DNA of 64,000 nucleotides from Gammaproteobacteria bacterium (GTDB lineage Bacteria; Pseudomonadota; Gammaproteobacteria; JAURND01): NCBI GenBank assembly GCA_035546635.1, contig DASZWJ010000019.1, positions 37,386 to 101,385 of the forward strand, read 5' to 3'. Shown piece by piece: positions 59,093 to 64,000 of this stretch (position 1 is its first letter; each line of letters starts with the position of its first letter). The notes under the pieces were generated by a model. It saw only the letters and a program-made list of their open reading frames with translations, ran no database searches and was not told where the DNA came from. The position numbers and the translations under genes were made by a program.

Positions 59093-60226
59093 TCAATTAG
59101 CCAATCCTTCAAAGAAACTTTTAACACTATCAAACCAAGATTTAGATTTGGGGTTATGTTTATCCCCGCCTTTGTCGATAGATTCTGAGAATTGTTTTAA
59201 CAAATCTTTTTGTTCGCGAGTCAAATTTACAGGCGTTTCAACCACTACTCGACATAAAAGATCACCGTGACGTCCGCTGCGTACGGAGCGTACGCCTTTG
59301 CCACGTAAACGAAATGATTTGCCGCTTTGTGTTTCTGTGGGAATTTTAAGCTTCACGCGACCATCTAAGGTGGGGACATCGACTTCGCCACCGAGTGTAG
59401 CAATGGTAAAGCTGATGGGAATTTCACAGAGTAAATCATTACCGTCGCGGGTAAAAATAGGGTGCGGTTTGACTTTAACTTGCACGTATAAATCACCGGC
59501 GGGTGCACCAAAAGTACCACCTTCACCTTCGCCTTGTAGGCGGATTCTATCACCGGTATCAACGCCACCAGGAATTTTGACGGATAAGGTCTTTTCCTGT
59601 TGTACACGTCCTTGTCCACGGCATTTAGGGCAGGGTTCTTTGATAACTTGACCTTGTCCGCGGCAGTCGGGGCAGGTTTGGGTCACGGAGAAAAAGCCTT
59701 GCTGTAAATGTACTTGTCCTTGACCATTACAAGTACCGCATACGGTGGGGCTGGTGCCTTTTTTGGCGCCTGAGCCACTGCATTCGGTGCAATTATTCCA
59801 GGTGGGGATCTGGATTTTCATGGTTTTGCCGTGTACGGCGTCTTCTAGATTTAATTCTAGATTATAGATTAAGTCAGCTCCGCGTTGGGCACGTGTTCTT
59901 TTGCCTCTACCGCCGCCAAATACGTCACCAAAGATGTCACCAAAAATATCGCTGATATCGCCAAAGTCGAAACCACGCGCACCACCGCCCATGCCACTTT
60001 GAAATGCAGCGTGACCCATTTGATCGTATCGCGAGCGTTTTTGTGTGTCGCTTAATACATCATAGGCTTCTTTTATTTCTTTAAATTTTTCTTCGGAAGC
60101 TTTATCACCGGGGTTACGGTCTGGGTGATATTTCATGGCGAGCTGACGGAAGGCTTTTTTAATTTCTTCTGCGCTAGCGGAACGTGAAACCCCGAGTGTT
60201 TCGTAGTAGTCGTTTTTGGTAGTCAT
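59093..60226 (-). CDS. dnaJ: chaperone DnaJ
   Basis: J domain with HPD (YHPDRNP), a G/F region, and four CxxCxGxG zinc-finger repeats. Confidence 0.95.
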   Translation of the reverse strand: MTTKNDYYETLGVSRSASAEEIKKAFRQLAMKYHPDRNPGDKASEEKFKEIKEAYDVLSDTQKRSRYDQMGHAAFQSGMGGGARGFDFGDISDIFGDIFGDVFGGGRGKRTRAQRGADLIYNLELNLEDAVHGKTMKIQIPTWNNCTECSGSGAKKGTSPTVCGTCNGQGQVHLQQGFFSVTQTCPDCRGQGQVIKEPCPKCRGQGRVQQEKTLSVKIPGGVDTGDRIRLQGEGEGGTFGAPAGDLYVQVKVKPHPIFTRDGNDLLCEIPISFTIATLGGEVDVPTLDGRVKLKIPTETQSGKSFRLRGKGVRSVRSGRHGDLLCRVVVETPVNLTREQKDLLKQFSESIDKGGDKHNPKSKSWFDSVKSFFEGLAN

Positions 60227-60305
60227 GATGAGTGGGTACCGGATTGTAGTGATGCTTTAATCTGACTCAGAGATGTTTTTCATCAGCTTAACTTTACCTT
60301 TGTTG

Positions 60306-60404
60306 ATTGTCATTCTGAGCGAAGCGAAGGATCTCCTTAGGGTGGCAAAATTTTACACCGAATGAGCCACCACAAGGAGATCCTTCACTGACGCTCAGGA
60401 TGAC
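60306..60404. repeat. ~99-bp palindromic element of the GTCATCCTGAGCG family between dnaK and dnaJ
   Basis: Arms TGTCATTCTGAGCGAAGCGAAGGATCTCCTTAGGGTGGC and GCCACCACAAGGAGATCCTTCACTGACGCTCAGGATGACAG. Confidence 0.85.
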
Positions 60405-60432
60405 AGATCTACGGCAAGAGAAAAGTTCGCTG

Positions 60433-62400
60433 TTATTTATCCTCTTTATTTTCCTTTACTTCTTCAAACTCAGCATCAACGACGTTTTCATTGCCGCTAG
60501 GTTTTTGTTCACTCTGTGTGCTTCCAGTATCAGCAGCATGGGCAGCACCTTCTGGTTTAGCAGAAGTATCGGCACCTTTTTTAGCATAAAGACGTTCGGC
60601 CATTTTGCCGGAGACTTCGCTGAGTTTTTGAGTTTTTTCTTCTATCGCTTGTTTATCATCTTGCTTCAGGACATTTTTCAAAGCTTCAATGGCTTCTTCG
60701 ATAGATTTTTTCTCATCTTCAGTGATGTCAGCGCCCAATTCCTTAATGGATTTGGTAGATGCATGAATAAGATTGTCAGCTTTATTGCGAACATCAACTA
60801 ATTCATGGAATTTTTTATCGGCTTCTCGGTGTTCTTCGGCATCACGCACCATGTTTTTGATTTCATCTTCAGATAAACCGCTGGAAGATTTGATGACAAT
60901 AGATTGTTGTTTGCCAGTGGCTTTGTCTTTAGCGGAGACGTGTAAGATACCGTTAGCGTCGATATCAAAAGTGACTTCAACCTGTGGCGTACCGCGAGGT
61001 GCAGGCGGAATATCCGATAGGTCAAAACGACCTAATGATTTATTGGCAGAAGCCATTTCGCGTTCGCCCTGCAATACATGAACAGTTACTGCAGTCTGGT
61101 TGTCATCGGCAGTGGAAAATACCTGTGCAGCTTTAGTCGGTATGGTGGTGTTTTTCTCGATCAATTTAGTCATCACGCCGCCCATAGTTTCAATACCCAA
61201 GGATAAGGGGGTAACGTCGAGCAGCAGCACATCTTTGACTTCACCTGATAACACGGCAGCTTGAATGGCGGCACCGATGGCAACAGCTTCATCTGGGTTA
61301 ACATCATGTTTGGCATCTTTACCAAAGAAATTTCTTACAGTTTCTTGTACCTTAGGCATGCGTGTTTGGCCGCCAACCAAGATGATCTCGTCGATTTCTG
61401 ATATTTTCAGATTGGCATCTTTAAGAGCGGTTTTGCAGGGTGGAATGGTACGTTCGATTAAGTCTTCAACCAGTGATTCCAATTTGGCACGGGTCACGCG
61501 GATATTTAAGTGTTTAGGTCCGGTGGCATCTGCCGTGATATAGGGCAGGTTGACATCGGTTTGTTGTGAAGAAGAGAGTTCGATTTTGGCTTTTTCAGCG
61601 GCTTCCTTAAGACGTTGCAGCGCTAAAGGATCGCTGTGAAGGTCAATACCGGATTCTTTTTTAAATTCACTGGCGAGATAATCAATTAGGCGTAAATCAA
61701 AATCTTCACCACCGAGGAAGGTATCACCATTGGTCGCCAGCACTTCGAATTGGTGTTCTTCACCGACGCGAGCGATTTCTATGATGGAAACGTCAAAGGT
61801 ACCACCGCCTAAGTCATAGACTGCGACTTTTCTATCACCGCCTTTTTTATCTAGTCCATAGGCTAAGGCAGCTGCGGTCGGTTCATTGATAATACGTTTG
61901 ACCTCAAGACCTGCAATGCGGCCAGCATCTTTGGTAGCTTGGCGTTGCGAATCGTCAAAATAAGCTGGAACCGTGATAACGGCTTCTTTGACTTCGTGTC
62001 CGAGATAAGCTTCAGCAGTTTTTTTCATTTTCATTAGAATTTGCGCTGAAATCTGTTGCGGAGCTACTTTTTGGCCATTGACTTCTACCCAAGCATCCCC
62101 ATTGTCTGCTTCAACAATTTTATAGGGCACCATTTTGATATCACGTTGTACGACTTCGTCTTTGAATTTACGGCCGATTAGACGTTTGATGGCGTAAAGC
62201 GTGTTATGTGGGTTGGTCACCGCTTGACGTTTGGCCGATTGGCCGACCAGGATTTCGCTATCCTTGGTGTAGGCAACGATAGAAGGTGTGGTGCGATCAC
62301 CTTCGCTGTTTTCAATAACACGTACTTTGCCACCGGCTTCCATGACTGCGACGCAGGAATTGGTGGTGCCTAAATCAATACCTATGATGGGGTTAGCCAT
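60433..62400 (-). CDS. dnaK: chaperone DnaK (Hsp70)
   Basis: [22 protein letters not shown], and a C-terminal lid with an acidic tail. Confidence 0.97.
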   Translation of the reverse strand: MANPIIGIDLGTTNSCVAVMEAGGKVRVIENSEGDRTTPSIVAYTKDSEILVGQSAKRQAVTNPHNTLYAIKRLIGRKFKDEVVQRDIKMVPYKIVEADNGDAWVEVNGQKVAPQQISAQILMKMKKTAEAYLGHEVKEAVITVPAYFDDSQRQATKDAGRIAGLEVKRIINEPTAAALAYGLDKKGGDRKVAVYDLGGGTFDVSIIEIARVGEEHQFEVLATNGDTFLGGEDFDLRLIDYLASEFKKESGIDLHSDPLALQRLKEAAEKAKIELSSSQQTDVNLPYITADATGPKHLNIRVTRAKLESLVEDLIERTIPPCKTALKDANLKISEIDEIILVGGQTRMPKVQETVRNFFGKDAKHDVNPDEAVAIGAAIQAAVLSGEVKDVLLLDVTPLSLGIETMGGVMTKLIEKNTTIPTKAAQVFSTADDNQTAVTVHVLQGEREMASANKSLGRFDLSDIPPAPRGTPQVEVTFDIDANGILHVSAKDKATGKQQSIVIKSSSGLSEDEIKNMVRDAEEHREADKKFHELVDVRNKADNLIHASTKSIKELGADITEDEKKSIEEAIEALKNVLKQDDKQAIEEKTQKLSEVSGKMAERLYAKKGADTSAKPEGAAHAADTGSTQSEQKPSGNENVVDAEFEEVKENKEDK

Positions 62401-62445
62401 ATAATTTTCTCCAAGTGCTTAAATTTATCTCATACTATTTGTTGT

Positions 62446-62474
62446 AATTGGGGGGGTATTCCCGCAATTTCAAG
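62446..62474 (-). promoter_or_regulatory. sigma32 heat-shock promoter of dnaK
   Basis: On the minus strand: CTTGAAA, 14 nt, then CCCCAATT. The GGAG RBS lies ~10 nt before the ATG. Confidence 0.6.
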
Positions 62475-62511
62475 TTTCTATTGCCATGTCAGGACAGTTG
62501 GCGTGCAAAAA

Positions 62512-63126
62512 TTAGGGTTTAGCTACTACAACGAGTGCAGGCCGGATCAAGCGGTCATTTAACAAATACCCTTTTTGTAAGACCTGAAGTACTGTGTTGG
62601 GTTGTGCTTCAGGATTTTCTTGCATTGAAATAGCCTGATGCAATTCAGGGTTGAATGGCTGATTCAGGGGGTCGACAGGCTTGACCCCAAATTTAGCTAG
62701 CGTATCTAAGAATAGTTTTAACGTCATTTGCAGGCCTTCGTTTACGCGTGCAGCAAATTCATTTTCGGTCACGTCCAGGGTTAAGCCGCGCTCCATGCTG
62801 TCGATAACAGGTAATAATTCGTTTATGAGGCGTTCTAAGCCGTATTTATGGGCATTGGCGATGTCTTTTTCAGTGCGTTTGCGGATGTTATCTAGATCAG
62901 CATGGGCGCGTAATAGTTGATTTTTATGCTCTTCAAGCGCGGAATTAGCGGCATTGAGCTTTTCTTCGGCTTCATTGAGTTTGGCTTCTAGTTCAGCGTA
63001 ATCGGGATGTTCCAATGCGAGCGCTGCTGCCTCTGCTTTTATCTCCAAGCTTTGTGCTTGTGACTCTGGGCGTGCTTTGTCTTTGTGTTTTGCATGAAAT
63101 TGTGGATTTTTGTCTTTATCGCTCAT
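62512..63126 (-). CDS. grpE: nucleotide exchange factor GrpE
   Basis: Coiled-coil N-terminus and GrpE C-terminal beta-domain (PELHQAISMQE). Confidence 0.9.
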   Translation of the reverse strand: MSDKDKNPQFHAKHKDKARPESQAQSLEIKAEAAALALEHPDYAELEAKLNEAEEKLNAANSALEEHKNQLLRAHADLDNIRKRTEKDIANAHKYGLERLINELLPVIDSMERGLTLDVTENEFAARVNEGLQMTLKLFLDTLAKFGVKPVDPLNQPFNPELHQAISMQENPEAQPNTVLQVLQKGYLLNDRLIRPALVVVAKP

Positions 63127-63159
63127 TCCGGCTTCTCCATATTCAATTGGGTGATTTTA

Positions 63160-63187
63160 ATATAGGGATAGTTATTGGTTTTTCAAG
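63160..63187 (-). promoter_or_regulatory. sigma32 heat-shock promoter of grpE
   Basis: On the minus strand: CTTGAAA, 13 nt, then CCCTATAT, ~36 nt upstream of the ATG. Confidence 0.55.
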
Positions 63188-63260
63188 TAAGGTTTACTTG
63201 TCATACAGAGCAAAAAAATGGTATACGAACGACAATATTTAAATTATAAAACAGGTGGTG

Positions 63261-64000
63261 CATGTCATTGGAAATCAACCCACAATTAGAGCGTATTAAA
63301 GACCTCACTTCACGTGCTACAGCGCTTCGGGGGTATCTTTGAAGTAGATCAAAAGCGTGAACGCTGGGAAGAGGTGGTTCGTCAGTTGGAAGATCCGGCA
63401 TTATGGAATAGCCCCGATAAGGCTCAGGCTTTAGGACGGGAACGGGTACAACTGGAAACGTTGCTGACGGATTTTCAACAATTAGAGCAGCAGTTAGCCG
63501 ATACTCGGGAATTATTAATGCTGGTTGCGGCAGAAAATGATTCAGTCACTTTTCAGGAGGTGGTGACGGATATTGATAAACTGACCCGAAAAGTAGAGGC
63601 GTTAGAGTTTGCGCGTATGTTTTCTGGGAATATGGATGTCAATAATGCTTATTTAGATATTCAATCAGGATCAGGGGGGACAGAGGCGCAGGATTGGGCG
63701 GAAATGTTATTGCGCATGTATTTGCGCTGGGGTGATAAACACGGTTTTAAAACGGAAATTCTTGAAGCTTCAGCCGGTGAGGTTGCCGGTATTAAAAGTG
63801 CGACGGTGCGTTTTGAGGGGCCTTATGCTTATGGTTGGTTGCGCACAGAAACCGGTGTGCACCGCTTGGTGCGTAAATCGCCATTTGATTCAGGTAACCG
63901 TCGGCATACTTCTTTTGCTTCGGTGTTTATTTCGCCCGAGGTTGATGATGATATTGTCGTAGATATTAATCCTGCGGATTTACGTGTGGATACATATCGT
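63261..64000 (+). CDS. prfB: peptide chain release factor 2 (partial; programmed +1 frameshift at 63337-63342, plus an unexpected extra 1-nt shift near 63300)
   Basis: [13 protein letters not shown] (frame 0) and [13 protein letters not shown] (frame +1). Then the canonical site GGGGG-TAT-CTT-TGA, then [12 protein letters not shown]...[16 protein letters not shown]...[16 protein letters not shown] (frame +2). The 3' end is outside the window. Confidence 0.85.

Noticed and set aside
63295-63305. Second +1 frameshift in prfB as a novel programmed recoding site
   Set aside because: There is no slippery codon, SD stimulator or in-frame stop at the AAA-G-GAC context. A 1-nt indel (sequencing error or mutation) is more parsimonious. 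It is retained only as a flagged anomaly.
1-64000. CRISPR arrays, rRNA genes, prophage structural genes
   Set aside because: No regularly spaced direct repeats with unique spacers and no rRNA-like conserved stretches were seen. No capsid/terminase/integrase signatures appear among the ORFs. The only tRNA is Val(GAC).

Overview
Window from an AT-rich (~40% GC) gammaproteobacterial chromosome; the gene content suggests a Legionellales-like intracellular lifestyle but the organism is not identified. Supporting this: an 1172-aa ankyrin-repeat eukaryotic-like protein, cNMP-binding proteins and an Rpn nuclease. Read 5'->3', the left 21 kb holds transport, stress and accessory genes (SulP, MarR, MFS, esterase, AKR, periplasmic trehalase, APC permease, Ohr, AhpD-like, GST, the ankyrin protein, a rubredoxin-reductase-like flavoprotein). 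From 22.0 to 39.2 kb lies a ~17-kb biosynthetic supra-operon, entirely on the + strand. It opens with a sigma70-like promoter, an Ile/Val/Leu-rich leader peptide and a rho-independent attenuator. It then encodes ilvB-ilvN-[MITE]-ilvC, a threonine-synthase-like protein fused to a LeuA_dimer allosteric domain, a BASS transporter, ilvD and ilvE. Translationally coupled to these are aroA, aroK, a DAHP synthase, aroB and a PheC-like periplasmic protein, then [MITE], aroC, tyrA, chorismate mutase and an aminotransferase. It is followed by a Cys-rich PPxY mini-protein, tRNA-Val(GAC), fdxA and a bolA-like/grxD pair. The 41.3-44.7 kb segment is an accessory island: two tandem paralogous NTase-HEPN-like genes flank a vapBC module and a Correia/dRS3-like MITE. 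Downstream come a 1182-aa multidomain flavo-Fe-S oxidoreductase translationally coupled to murJ, then ribF, a DMT transporter and thrA-thrB-thrC. These are followed by a hypothetical protein, an Rpn-family nuclease with a duplicated C-terminal fragment, and the dnaJ/dnaK/grpE heat-shock genes with sigma32 promoters. The window ends in prfB, which has the canonical +1 frameshift site plus an extra 1-nt shift. Several dispersed palindromic and MITE-like repeat families are present. The most striking candidate for something undescribed is the ThrC-like/LeuA_dimer fusion that sits in the ilv operon where ilvA would be expected. The NTase-HEPN/VapBC island and the giant oxidoreductase coupled to murJ are the next candidates.
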